This document shows positions 32,178 through 43,980 of a DNA stretch of 64,000 nt, piece after piece. Made by a program: the position numbers and the translations under genes. Where the stretch lies: the NCBI GenBank assembly GCA_001917535.1, contig MNEF01000083.1, positions 4,219-68,218 on the forward strand, read 5' to 3'. How positions within the stretch are numbered: position 1 is the stretch's first letter; each line of letters starts with the position of its first letter. Source of the DNA: Candidatus Rokubacteria bacterium 13_1_40CM_69_27 (GTDB taxonomy: Bacteria > Methylomirabilota > Methylomirabilia > Rokubacteriales > CSP1-6). Under the pieces are notes generated by a model. The model searched no databases and was not told where the DNA came from. It worked only from the letters and a program-made list of their open reading frames with translations.

Positions 32178-34892
32178 ATGGGACGATCCCAGACGGTTGT
32201 CCTGCTCGTCCTCGTCCTGGTCGTGCTCGGCCTCGTCGGGCAGATCGTCCCTCTGTACGCGGACTGGCTCTGGTTCCAGGAGGTCGGCTACGTCCAGGTC
32301 TTCCTGACGACCCTCTGGTACCGGGGCACGCTCTTCACCGCCGTCGCCCTCGGCGTCCTCGTGTTCCTCTACGTGAACCTGACCTTCGCCGCCCGCACGG
32401 CGCGTCCCGACGTGCTCTGGGAGCTGGAGGACCAACTGGGCCTGCCCGGCCGGGTGGTGATCGAGCCGCTCCTCCGGCGGTTTCTGCCCATCGTGCTCGC
32501 GTTCATCTCGTTCACCTCGGGCCTGCGGGCCAGCGCCCACTGGGAAACCGTCCTCGGCTACCTCAACGCGGTGCCGTTCAACACGACCGACCCGCTCTTC
32601 GGCCGGGACCTGGCGTTCTTCGTCTTCACGCTGCCGTTCTGGCGCCTGCTGAGCGGCTGGGCGACCACGCTCGTCGTGGGCACGCTCCTGCTCACGCTCC
32701 TGGTCTACGTGCTCCAGCGAAGCCTGGTGCTGACGGCGCGCGGTCCGCGCTTGGCGGCCGGAGCGCGGGCACACCTGCTGGTGCTGGGGGCGCTGCTGCT
32801 GGCACTCGCCAGCGTCGCGTTCTGGCTGGACCGGTTCGAGCTGGTCTACTCTCCGCGCGGCGTCATCTACGGGGCCTCCTACGCCGACATCCACGCCTCG
32901 CTGCCCGTGCTCCAAGCGCTGGCGGTCCTGGCGGGCCTCTGCGCCCTGGCCTGCCTGCTGCAGCTCACGCGGGCGGGCCTCCGGATCATCCTGGCCGGCG
33001 TGCTCGTTCTGGTCGCCGTGTGGGTGGTCGGGCTGGGCATTTATCCCGCGCTCCTGCAGCGCTTTCGGGTCGCCCCTAACGAGCTGGCCGCCGAGCGCCC
33101 GTTCATCACCCACAACATCCGGATGACCCGCCAGGCCTACGGTCTCGACCGCATCGAGGAGCGCGAGTTCCCGGTCGACGAGACGCTGGATGCCCGGGCG
33201 CTCGAGCGCAACGTGCCGACGATCAAGAACATCCGGCTCTGGGACCACCGGCCGCTCCTCCGCACCTTCGCGCAGCTCCAGGAGATCCGCACCTACTACA
33301 AGTTCGTCGACGTCGACAACGACCGCTACACGCTGAACGGCGAGTACCGGCAGCTCATGCTGTCGCCACGCGAGCTGTCCTCCCCCCATCTGCAGGGCGC
33401 GCGGAGCTGGATCAACGAGCACCTGACGTTCACGCACGGCTACGGCGTCATCGTGGGGCCGGTGAATCGGATCACCCCCGAGGGGCTCCCCGAGCTCCTG
33501 GTCAAGGACATCCCGCCCAAGAGCGACGGGTTCCCGAAGATCACGCGACCCGAGATTTACTTCGGCGAGATCTCCAGCGACTACGTGCTGGTGCGCACCC
33601 GCTCCCAGGAGCTCGATTACCCGGCCGGCGACCAGAACGTGTATACGACCTACCGGGGAACCGGTGGAATCACGCTCTCGTCGTTCCTGCGCAAGGTCCT
33701 CTTCACGGCGCGTTTCGGCGAGATCAAGATCCTGCTGGCCAACGACCTGACGCCGGAAAGCCGGATCCTGATGCACCGGGCCGTCGCCGAGCGAGTGCAG
33801 CTCATCGCGCCGTTCTTCCGCTTCGACCGCGATCCGTACATCGTCGTCACCGACGACGGACGCCTGGTGTGGATGCTCGACGGCTACACCACCACCGACC
33901 GCTACCCGTACTCGGAGCCGGTCCGCGACGTCGGTAACTACATCCGCAACTCGGTCAAGGTCACGGTGGACGCCTACCATGGCGCCGTCGGGTTCTACCT
34001 GGCCGATCCGACCGATCCCATCGTTCGCGCCTACGCCCGGGCCTTCCCTGGCCTCCTGCGGCCGCTGGAGGAGCTGCCCGCCGATCTGCGCCGACATCTC
34101 CGCTACCCGGAGGATTTCTTTGCCATCCAGGCCCGGAAGTACGCCGTTTATCACATGCTGGACCCTCAGGTCTTCTACAACAAGGAGGACCTGTGGGCGA
34201 TCCCGCGGCGGACCATCGAGGGCCGCGACCGCGAGATGGAGCCTTACTACACGATCATGCGACTGCCCGTCGAACGGCGGGAAGAGTTTATTTTACTCAC
34301 GCTGTTCAACCCTTCCCGCCGGGACAACATGATCGCGTGGCTGGCCGGGCGCTCCGATCCCCCGAATTACGGGCGCCTCGTCGTCTACAACTTCCCCAAG
34401 CAGAAGCTCGTCTACGGGCCCCGCCAGATCGACGCGCGCATCGACCAGGACCCCGTCATCTCCCAGCAGCTGTCGCTCTGGAACCAGCGCGGTTCGACCG
34501 TCATCCGCGGCTCGCTGCTGGCCATTCCGATCGACCAGTCGCTGATCTATGTCCAGCCGCTCTATCTCGCGGCCTCCGAGCAGGGGGCGCTGCCCGAGCT
34601 CCGGCGCGTGATCGTCGCCTACGGCAATCAGATCGCGATGGAGCCGACGCTCGAGCAGTCGCTGGGCCGCGTCTTCGGCGGGCGGACCGCCAGCCCCACG
34701 GCCGCCGTCCCGGCGCTCGGCGCCGGTGGGCAGCGTGAGCCGGCGCCTCCGCTCCGCACTCTAGCCAACCGCGCCTGGGAGATCTGGCAGCGCGCGCAGG
34801 ACGCGCTGCGACGGGGCGACTGGGCCCAGTACGGCGCGGAGCAGAAGCGTCTGGAAGAGACGCTGCGCGCCCTCACCGAAGCCAACCGCTAG
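32178..34892 (+). CDS. UPF0182-family large polytopic membrane protein
   Basis: N-terminal LYADWLWFQEVGY and multiple TM segments followed by a large soluble region, as I recall for UPF0182; ATG 32178 (upstream part of the track ORF overlaps ahcY). Confidence 0.7.
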   Translation: MGRSQTVVLLVLVLVVLGLVGQIVPLYADWLWFQEVGYVQVFLTTLWYRGTLFTAVALGVLVFLYVNLTFAARTARPDVLWELEDQLGLPGRVVIEPLLRRFLPIVLAFISFTSGLRASAHWETVLGYLNAVPFNTTDPLFGRDLAFFVFTLPFWRLLSGWATTLVVGTLLLTLLVYVLQRSLVLTARGPRLAAGARAHLLVLGALLLALASVAFWLDRFELVYSPRGVIYGASYADIHASLPVLQALAVLAGLCALACLLQLTRAGLRIILAGVLVLVAVWVVGLGIYPALLQRFRVAPNELAAERPFITHNIRMTRQAYGLDRIEEREFPVDETLDARALERNVPTIKNIRLWDHRPLLRTFAQLQEIRTYYKFVDVDNDRYTLNGEYRQLMLSPRELSSPHLQGARSWINEHLTFTHGYGVIVGPVNRITPEGLPELLVKDIPPKSDGFPKITRPEIYFGEISSDYVLVRTRSQELDYPAGDQNVYTTYRGTGGITLSSFLRKVLFTARFGEIKILLANDLTPESRILMHRAVAERVQLIAPFFRFDRDPYIVVTDDGRLVWMLDGYTTTDRYPYSEPVRDVGNYIRNSVKVTVDAYHGAVGFYLADPTDPIVRAYARAFPGLLRPLEELPADLRRHLRYPEDFFAIQARKYAVYHMLDPQVFYNKEDLWAIPRRTIEGRDREMEPYYTIMRLPVERREEFILLTLFNPSRRDNMIAWLAGRSDPPNYGRLVVYNFPKQKLVYGPRQIDARIDQDPVISQQLSLWNQRGSTVIRGSLLAIPIDQSLIYVQPLYLAASEQGALPELRRVIVAYGNQIAMEPTLEQSLGRVFGGRTASPTAAVPALGAGGQREPAPPLRTLANRAWEIWQRAQDALRRGDWAQYGAEQKRLEETLRALTEANR

Positions 34893-35077
34893 ATTAGTCG
34901 GAGGGGGCCTCGACGGCCCCCTCCGAGGCCTCCCCCAGGAAGGGATTGCGCCGGCGGAGCCGGCGCTCGAAAGCGCGCGCCGCGCGCACTCTCGCCGGCT
35001 TCGCGCGCGGGCTTCGCCCGCGCAATCGATCCTGGGGGGAGGGTTCGGAAGGGGGGCGAAGCCCCCCTCCGAGTCTT
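34893..35077. repeat. mosaic palindromic intergenic repeat, copy R3 (inverted dimer between convergent genes)
   Basis: A hairpin 34898-34926 (TCGGAGGGGGCC-TCGAC-GGCCCCCTCCGA), B hairpin 34948-34966, variant B hairpin 35005-35023 (GCGCGGGC-TTC-GCCCGCGC), A' hairpin 35045-35072. Confidence 0.9.
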
Positions 35078-37444
35078 CTAGGTGCGGGCGCGGAGGAAGA
35101 GCGAGGCGCCAAGCCCGAGGAAGATGACGTTGGCCGTCCAGGCCGCCAGCAGGGGCGGCAGCAGATCGGCGCGCGCGAAGGCCCGGGCGGAGTAGTCGAC
35201 CACCATGTAGGCCGCCATGATGGCGATGGCCAGGGCGATGGCGTAGACGCGTCCGCCGCGTGGCGACTGGAGCGCGAACGGGATGGCGACCAGCACCATG
35301 ATCAGATTCTTCAGCGGGTCAGACAGCTTGGAGTACATGTCCACCAGGTACTTCTTGACCTGGAACCCGGCCGCCTCCAACCGGGCGACGTACTCGCGCA
35401 GCTCCCGGTAGCTCATCGCCGACGGGGGCTTCTGGATCTCGGTGAAGTCCGTGACGGACTCCTCCAGCCCCAGCGCGGTCCGGGCGAACGGGATCGTGGT
35501 GACCCGGCCCTGCTCGTCGATCTCGCGAATCGCGCCGTCCATGAACTCCCAGCCGGCAGGAGTCCAGTGGGCCTGGCGCGCGTCGAGCCGATGGACGAGA
35601 CGGAAGTCGGCGTCGATCTCGAGCACCGTCACCCCGTAGAGGTCCTGGGTCGCCGGGTTCAGCAGCTCCACCCGGTAGAACCGTGTGTCCGAGCTGCGGA
35701 GCCAGAGGCGCGTGCGCGTTTGCAGATGACGGGGGAGCTGGCCCCTGATTTTGACGCGATCCACCTCCTCGCCGCGCTCGTTGAGGATGGGGAGCAGGAA
35801 CTCCTGGAAGAGCCCGGCGCCCACGGCGACGACGAGCCCGCACAGTAGCACGGGCGCGCTGGCCCGGTACAGGCTGACGCCGGCGGCCTTTAGCGCCGTC
35901 AGCTCGTGCCACCGGGTGAGGGTCAGGAAGAGAAAGATCGTCGCCACCAGCATGACGATGGGCAGCCCCTGATGGAGCGCGACCGGCAGTGCGAAGGCGA
36001 AGTGTTGGACGATGTAGATGAAGGGCGGCTTCACCCGCAGGTAGCGGTCGAGGGTCTGCAGCAGATCGACCACGACGAAGAGGGCGCCGGCCACCGCCAG
36101 GCCGATGCCGACGAAGGCCAGAAACCGCCGGAGCAGGTAGCGGTCGATGATGTAGGTCGTCTCGCGCCCGATCCCGCTGAAGCGTTCCGCGCGCTGCGCC
36201 CGCCGCCGGGGCAGGTGCTGCGAGGCGAAATCGAAGGCGCGCCACAGGGCCCTCAGGCGCGGCGCCCGCCACTCCCGGGCGGTGGCGGTCAGGAGCGAGG
36301 CGCCCAGGGCCGAGAAAAGGACGTTCGGCGTCCAGATCGCCGCCGGGATGGGCAGCCGTTCGCGCAGCGCCATGCCCTCCAGCGTGGTCAGGATCAGGTA
36401 ATAGGTGACCAGGATGCCGAGCGTGCCGACCAGCGCCACGCTCCGCCCTCCCCGATGGGACCGCACCGCCAGCGGAAAGCCCAGCACCGCGAAGACCAGC
36501 GCCGCCACCGGAAACGCGAAGCGCTTCTGGAGCTCGACCTCGTACGGCCGCCGGTTGTAGGCGTCATCCCCCAGTTCCTCGATCTTCTGGCGGAGCTGGC
36601 GGAACCCCAGGTCCTTCTCCGGCTTGTCGAGCCGCGCCGACGCCTTGAGCGGCGACTCCAGGGCCAGCGTCATGTCGTAGACTGAAAACGCCGTGTACCG
36701 GTAGCGCCGGGAGTCGGCGGCGCCGCCAGTCGGCGACCCCTCCGTCACGATCTCCCTAGGCAGATCGACCGGGGCCACGTCCGCCTCGTTGATGCCGCCG
36801 TTGAGCAGGCGCAGCGTGATCCGCCGGCTGGCCTCGTCGGTGAGCAGGCGCCCGTCGCTCGCGGTGATGATGCGGGTGAGCTTCGGGTCCCGCTCGTCCG
36901 AGACGATCACGCCGCGCAGAGCGACCTGGGAGGCGCTGATATCCTCCACGAAGATCGTCAGGTCCGCGAAGCTCGTATTGAAAACCCGTTCCTGGAGTCC
37001 GCTGACCGCCCGCGCCTGCAGAATCTTGAACAGCTGCCGCTGGAACTCGCGATTGGCCAGCGGGTTCAGGACCAGAGTCAGGGCGGCGGTGGTCAGGGTG
37101 ACGATGAGGGCGGCCAGCAACACCGGACGGAACAACCGCAGCAGGCTCAGGCCGGCGGCCTTGAAGGCCACGATCTCCAGGTCTCCCGCCATGCGGCCCC
37201 CGGCCAGGAGCACGGCGACCAGCAGCGCCATCGGCAGCGTGTGGGCCAGGAAGGAGGGGAGCATGAAGACGAGGAGCTGGATCACCAGATGAAACGGCAC
37301 GCCCTTGGTGATCACCAGCTCGGTCAGGTGATAGATGCGATCGATGACGAGGAAGAACGTGAAGAGGGCGACGCCGAGCACGAAGGGCGACAGCAGCTCG
37401 CGCAAGAAGTACCGGTCCAGGACCGCCAGCCGCGGCAGCCTCAC
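35078..37444 (-). CDS. apparent LptF-LptG fusion (two YjgP/YjgQ permease halves in one ORF)
   Basis: First half LDRYFLRELLSPF...AAGLSLLRL, second half IIDRYLLRRFLAF...AAGVSLYRA; no stop codon and no ATG/GTG/TTG in the about 35-codon linker; N-terminal start (GTG 37444) uncertain. Confidence 0.75.
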   Translation of the reverse strand: MRLPRLAVLDRYFLRELLSPFVLGVALFTFFLVIDRIYHLTELVITKGVPFHLVIQLLVFMLPSFLAHTLPMALLVAVLLAGGRMAGDLEIVAFKAAGLSLLRLFRPVLLAALIVTLTTAALTLVLNPLANREFQRQLFKILQARAVSGLQERVFNTSFADLTIFVEDISASQVALRGVIVSDERDPKLTRIITASDGRLLTDEASRRITLRLLNGGINEADVAPVDLPREIVTEGSPTGGAADSRRYRYTAFSVYDMTLALESPLKASARLDKPEKDLGFRQLRQKIEELGDDAYNRRPYEVELQKRFAFPVAALVFAVLGFPLAVRSHRGGRSVALVGTLGILVTYYLILTTLEGMALRERLPIPAAIWTPNVLFSALGASLLTATAREWRAPRLRALWRAFDFASQHLPRRRAQRAERFSGIGRETTYIIDRYLLRRFLAFVGIGLAVAGALFVVVDLLQTLDRYLRVKPPFIYIVQHFAFALPVALHQGLPIVMLVATIFLFLTLTRWHELTALKAAGVSLYRASAPVLLCGLVVAVGAGLFQEFLLPILNERGEEVDRVKIRGQLPRHLQTRTRLWLRSSDTRFYRVELLNPATQDLYGVTVLEIDADFRLVHRLDARQAHWTPAGWEFMDGAIREIDEQGRVTTIPFARTALGLEESVTDFTEIQKPPSAMSYRELREYVARLEAAGFQVKKYLVDMYSKLSDPLKNLIMVLVAIPFALQSPRGGRVYAIALAIAIMAAYMVVDYSARAFARADLLPPLLAAWTANVIFLGLGASLFLRART

Positions 37445-37466
37445 CGCTCTGTTGTACCATAGGCCC

Positions 37467-38516
37467 GTGAGCCGGACATCGCTGGTGTCGCTGACGATTC
37501 TCGCGCACGTCGTGCTGGTCGCCGCGCCGGTGCGGGCCACCGACCCCTCCGATCGGCTCGACCGCTTTCGGACGCTGGCGGCCACGCGGCTCACCCTCGC
37601 CGAGGTCACCGATCCCGCTCGCGCGGGCGAGGCCTACCGCGAGGTCTACGCGCTCCTCGACGACGAAGTCGTCGAGAACCTCGCCAGCGGCGACGTCTTC
37701 GCCTCGCCGGCGTTCCTCCAGGATCGTCTGGACGCGTTCGCGGAGGCGTGGGGTGGCGCGTCGCTCCGCATCACGCGCATCGGCCGTCTCACCGTCGGCG
37801 CCTTTCAGGTGAGCGAGGGCGCGGGAAGCAGCTCGGTGCGCCTGTACGGCGCTCCGCGTGGCGAGGCGCAGCTCATCGCCGCCCTGCAGCGCGAGGGGCG
37901 TCCCAGCCTCTACGAGCTGCCCCCGGCGGCCGCCGGCTCGCAGTTCCTCGTCGTGTGGGAGGGCCTGCTCACCGGGCGGGGGACGCGCGCGCTCCGGCTC
38001 GACCTCGTCCGCCAGCGCGGGGACGAGGTGGCCGTCGTCTGGAGCACGGCCGAGCTCTTTCCCGACGGCCTCATGGCCCGCGAGTACCGCCTGCGCGGCG
38101 GCGAGGTCCGGATCCGCTACGAGCTGCAGTATCCCGGCTGGATCCCCGGCTGCGATCAACAAACGGAACAGGAGGATGTCTATCGCCTGGCCCCCGACCC
38201 CGGCACTTTCGTCCGCGTGGCCCGCCGGCAGTACAACGCCTGGCACCTGGCGCTGCACCGTTCGGTGGCCGGGCTCCTGGAGGCGCTCGCCGCCGGCAAT
38301 CGCGCCACGCTGGCGACCCTGGTACCCGACGCTCAGCTCCGTCAGAAGCTGCCCGCCCGGCTCGAGCGGGAGCTGGCGTGCGACGCGCCCGACGGGGCGA
38401 ACCCGGGGGCGGTGTCGGTGGCCGCGTCGGCGGGCGATCTCGGGCCGTGGGCGTTGACGTTCCATCGGAGCGGCGGCCAGTGGCGACTCACCGCCGCCAA
38501 CCCGGTGCTACAATAG
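37467..38516 (+). CDS. secreted hypothetical protein
   Basis: GTG 37467 gives signal peptide VSRTSLVSLTILAHVVLVAAPVRA; good GC3/coding appearance; no recognisable domain. Confidence 0.55.
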   Translation: MSRTSLVSLTILAHVVLVAAPVRATDPSDRLDRFRTLAATRLTLAEVTDPARAGEAYREVYALLDDEVVENLASGDVFASPAFLQDRLDAFAEAWGGASLRITRIGRLTVGAFQVSEGAGSSSVRLYGAPRGEAQLIAALQREGRPSLYELPPAAAGSQFLVVWEGLLTGRGTRALRLDLVRQRGDEVAVVWSTAELFPDGLMAREYRLRGGEVRIRYELQYPGWIPGCDQQTEQEDVYRLAPDPGTFVRVARRQYNAWHLALHRSVAGLLEALAAGNRATLATLVPDAQLRQKLPARLERELACDAPDGANPGAVSVAASAGDLGPWALTFHRSGGQWRLTAANPVLQ

Positions 38517-38526
38517 TGGCTCGTTC

Positions 38527-41171
<2,645 letters not shown>

Positions 41172-41175
<4 letters not shown>

Positions 41176-41909
41176 AGGGGGCCCGCCCTCCGACCGCGGC
41201 GGCGCCGGCGATCGTCAGGCTCGGCGCCGTGGAATCGACGCAGGCCGTGGCCTTCGAGCTAGCCGAGCGCGGCGCGGCCGATCGCACCGTCGTCCTCGCC
41301 GATCACCAGACCGCCGGGAGAGGGCGACGGGGCCGGGCGTGGAACGACGAGCCGGGTACGGGCCTTCTCGTCTCGATCGTGCTCCGCCCGCGCCTGGCGC
41401 TGCCGCGCCTGCCGCTGCTGTCGTACGCTACCGCGATCGCCGTGGCCGAGGCGCTGGACGGGGTCGCCGGGCTCCGGCCCACGCTCAAGTGGCCGAACGA
41501 CGTCCTCGTCGGCGACCGCAAGATCGCCGGTATCCTGCTGGAGTCGCGCATCAGCGCGGTGGCCGCGACCGTCGTTGTCGGCATCGGCGTCAACCTGACC
41601 CAGCGGCGCTTCCCGGCCGAGCTCGAGGGGCGAGCGACATCGGTCGCGCTGGAGACCGGCCGGACGGTCGAACGTGAGCAGGTCCTGGCCGCGCTCCTCA
41701 GCGCGTTCGACCTCTGGCGGGCCCGCCTGGAGGCGGACGGTTTCGCGCCCGTCCGCGAGCGCTGGCTTGCGCTGAGCGGGACCATCGGACGGCGGGTCAG
41801 CGTCGACGGCGGAGCGGGCCTAGCGGTCGATGTCGACCTCGAGGGCGCGCTCCTGCTCCAGGACGGCGCGGGCCTCCGGCGCGTGCTCTCCGGCCCCATC
41901 GAAGGATAG
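41172..41909 (+). CDS. birA: biotin--[acetyl-CoA-carboxylase] ligase (no obvious N-terminal HTH)
   Basis: QTAGRGRRGRAW motif, KWPNDVL, GIGVN; GTGA overlap with valS stop. Confidence 0.85.
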
Positions 41910-41911
41910 CC

Positions 41912-42685
41912 GTGCTCCTGGTCGCCGACGTCGGCAACACGAATACCACGATCGGCGTCTTCGACGGCGGCCGCCTGCGCGTGTCGTGGCGACTCACCAG
42001 CCGCCGCGAGCAGACCGCGGACGAGTACGGCGTCTTCATCGAGACGCTGCTGCGCACACGGGGCATCCAGCCCCAGGACGTCACCGGCATCGCCATCTCG
42101 AACGTCGTGCCTCCGGTCCAGCAGACACTCGAGGGGATGTGCGAGAAGTATTTTGCGCGCACCGCGTTCTTCGTTGAGCCCGGCGTCAACACGGGCCTGG
42201 TGCTGGCGGTGGAGAATCCCCGCGAGGTCGGTCCGGACCGGATCCTCGGCGCCGTGGCGGGCGAGGCGCTCTACGGAGCGCCACTGATCGTCATCGATTT
42301 CGGAACGGCGACCACCTTCAACTGCGTCAACGCCCGCCGCGAGTTCATCGGCGGCGCCATCGCGCCGGGGCTCGGGATTTCGGTGGAGGCGCTGATCAGC
42401 CGGGCGGCCCGGCTCTTTCGCGTCGAGCTGGTGCAGCCGCCCCAGGCGATCGGCCGCGACACCATCACCAACATCCAGTCGGGGATCGTCTACGGCTGGG
42501 CGGGTCTCGTGGACGGGATTGTCGATCGGATGAAGCACGAGATGGGCGGCGCCCCCGCGGTGGTGGCCACCGGGGGTCTGGTCTCGCTGATTGCCGGCGT
42601 GACGCGCTCGATCCAGCACGTCAACCCCGACCTGAAGCTCGAGGGGCTCCGGCTCCTGTACGAGCGGGCCGGAGGCGCGCGTTGA
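41912..42685 (+). CDS. coaX: type III pantothenate kinase
   Basis: LLVADVGNTNTTIG, DFGTATT, ATGG motifs. Confidence 0.9.
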   Translation: MLLVADVGNTNTTIGVFDGGRLRVSWRLTSRREQTADEYGVFIETLLRTRGIQPQDVTGIAISNVVPPVQQTLEGMCEKYFARTAFFVEPGVNTGLVLAVENPREVGPDRILGAVAGEALYGAPLIVIDFGTATTFNCVNARREFIGGAIAPGLGISVEALISRAARLFRVELVQPPQAIGRDTITNIQSGIVYGWAGLVDGIVDRMKHEMGGAPAVVATGGLVSLIAGVTRSIQHVNPDLKLEGLRLLYERAGGAR

Positions 42686-42711
42686 CAGGCTGGGCCGGCG
42701 CGTTTTATACT
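42682..42711 (+). promoter_or_regulatory. near-consensus sigma-70 promoter for guaB3-guaA
   Basis: TTGACA (42682-42687), 18-nt spacer, TATACT (42706-42711), AT-rich island; predicted leader of about 80 nt. Confidence 0.5.
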
Positions 42712-42799
42712 GCACTAAATCTAGTGGTAGGGATGAGCGGCGATCCCTATATACAGGGCGCCGCGATGGCTCCTTAACCCGCGGAGAAGGGGGGCTCTG

Positions 42800-43960
42800 A
42801 TGGGGATGTGGGTCGGCCGAGGCCGTAAGGCGAGGGTGGCGTACGGGTTCGACGATATCGCGCTCGTCCCCGGGACCGTCACCGTCAATCCGAACGAGGT
42901 CGACATCTCCTGGGAGCTCTGTGGACGCCGGTTCGACCTGCCCATCATCGCAGCGGCCATGGATGGCGTCGTGGGGCCGCGCCTGGCCGTCGAGATGGGG
43001 CGCCTGGGCGGCCTGGCCGTGCTCAACCTGGAGGGCATCTTCGCCCGCTACGAGAATCCCGACGAGGTGCTCGAACGGATCGTCTCGGCCAGCCAGGAGG
43101 AAGCCACCAAGATCATCCAGTCGATCTATGGCGAGCCGATCAAGGAAGAACTGATCCACCGGCGGATCCAGGAGGTCAAAAAGGGGGGGGGACCCGCGGT
43201 CGTCTCCTCCATTCCTCAGCGCGCCGAGCGCTTCGCGCAGATCGCGCAAGAGGCGGGGGCCGACGTCTTCGTGGTGCAGTCCACCGTCACCACGGCGCGT
43301 CACCTCGCCACCGAGTACACGCCGCTCGATTTCCGTCGTCTCAAGAAGCAGCTCGCCATTCCCCTCATCATCGGCAACGTCGTCACCTACGAGGCATGCC
43401 TCGAGCTCATGGAGTGCGGCACCGACGCGCTGTTGATCGGCGTCGGGCCGGGCGCGGCCTGCACCAGCCGTGAAGTGCTGGGGCTGGGGGTGCCCCAGGT
43501 GACGGCGACGGTCGACGCGGCGGCCGCCCGCGACTTTTACTACAAGCAGACGGGGCGCTATGTTCCCATCGTCACCGATGGCGGCATGACGACGGGCGGT
43601 GATGTCTGCAAGGCCCTGGCCTCGGGTGCCGACGCCGTCATGATCGGCTCGGCCTTCGCCCGCGCCATCGAGGCCCCCGGGCGTGGCTACCACTGGGGCA
43701 TGGCCACGCCGCACCAGAACCTGCCGCGCGGCACGCGCATCCGCGTCGGCATCGCCGGGCCGCTGGAGCAGATTCTCTTCGGGCCGGCGTTCACCGAGGA
43801 GGGCACGCTGAACCTCATCGGCGCCATCCGCACGTGCATGGGCTCGGTGGGAGCGCGCAACATCCGCGAACTCCAGTTGACGGAGCTGATCATCGCCCCG
43901 GCGATCAAGACCGAAGGCAAGGTCTTCCAGCAGGCTCAGAAGCTCGGGCGTCCCCGGTAG
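42800..43960 (+). CDS. GuaB3-type IMP dehydrogenase-related protein (no CBS insert)
   Basis: [37 protein letters not shown] blocks; 386 aa without a CBS pair. Confidence 0.8.
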   Translation: MGMWVGRGRKARVAYGFDDIALVPGTVTVNPNEVDISWELCGRRFDLPIIAAAMDGVVGPRLAVEMGRLGGLAVLNLEGIFARYENPDEVLERIVSASQEEATKIIQSIYGEPIKEELIHRRIQEVKKGGGPAVVSSIPQRAERFAQIAQEAGADVFVVQSTVTTARHLATEYTPLDFRRLKKQLAIPLIIGNVVTYEACLELMECGTDALLIGVGPGAACTSREVLGLGVPQVTATVDAAAARDFYYKQTGRYVPIVTDGGMTTGGDVCKALASGADAVMIGSAFARAIEAPGRGYHWGMATPHQNLPRGTRIRVGIAGPLEQILFGPAFTEEGTLNLIGAIRTCMGSVGARNIRELQLTELIIAPAIKTEGKVFQQAQKLGRPR

Positions 43961-43980
43961 CTCGGCCGCGGATCGGGGCT

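Noticed and set aside
42712-42799. Purine (guanine/adenine) riboswitch in the guaB3 leader
   Set aside because: The leader lacks the conserved three-way-junction core and loop-loop motifs that I recall for the purine riboswitch. It is kept only as a low-interest structured-leader observation.
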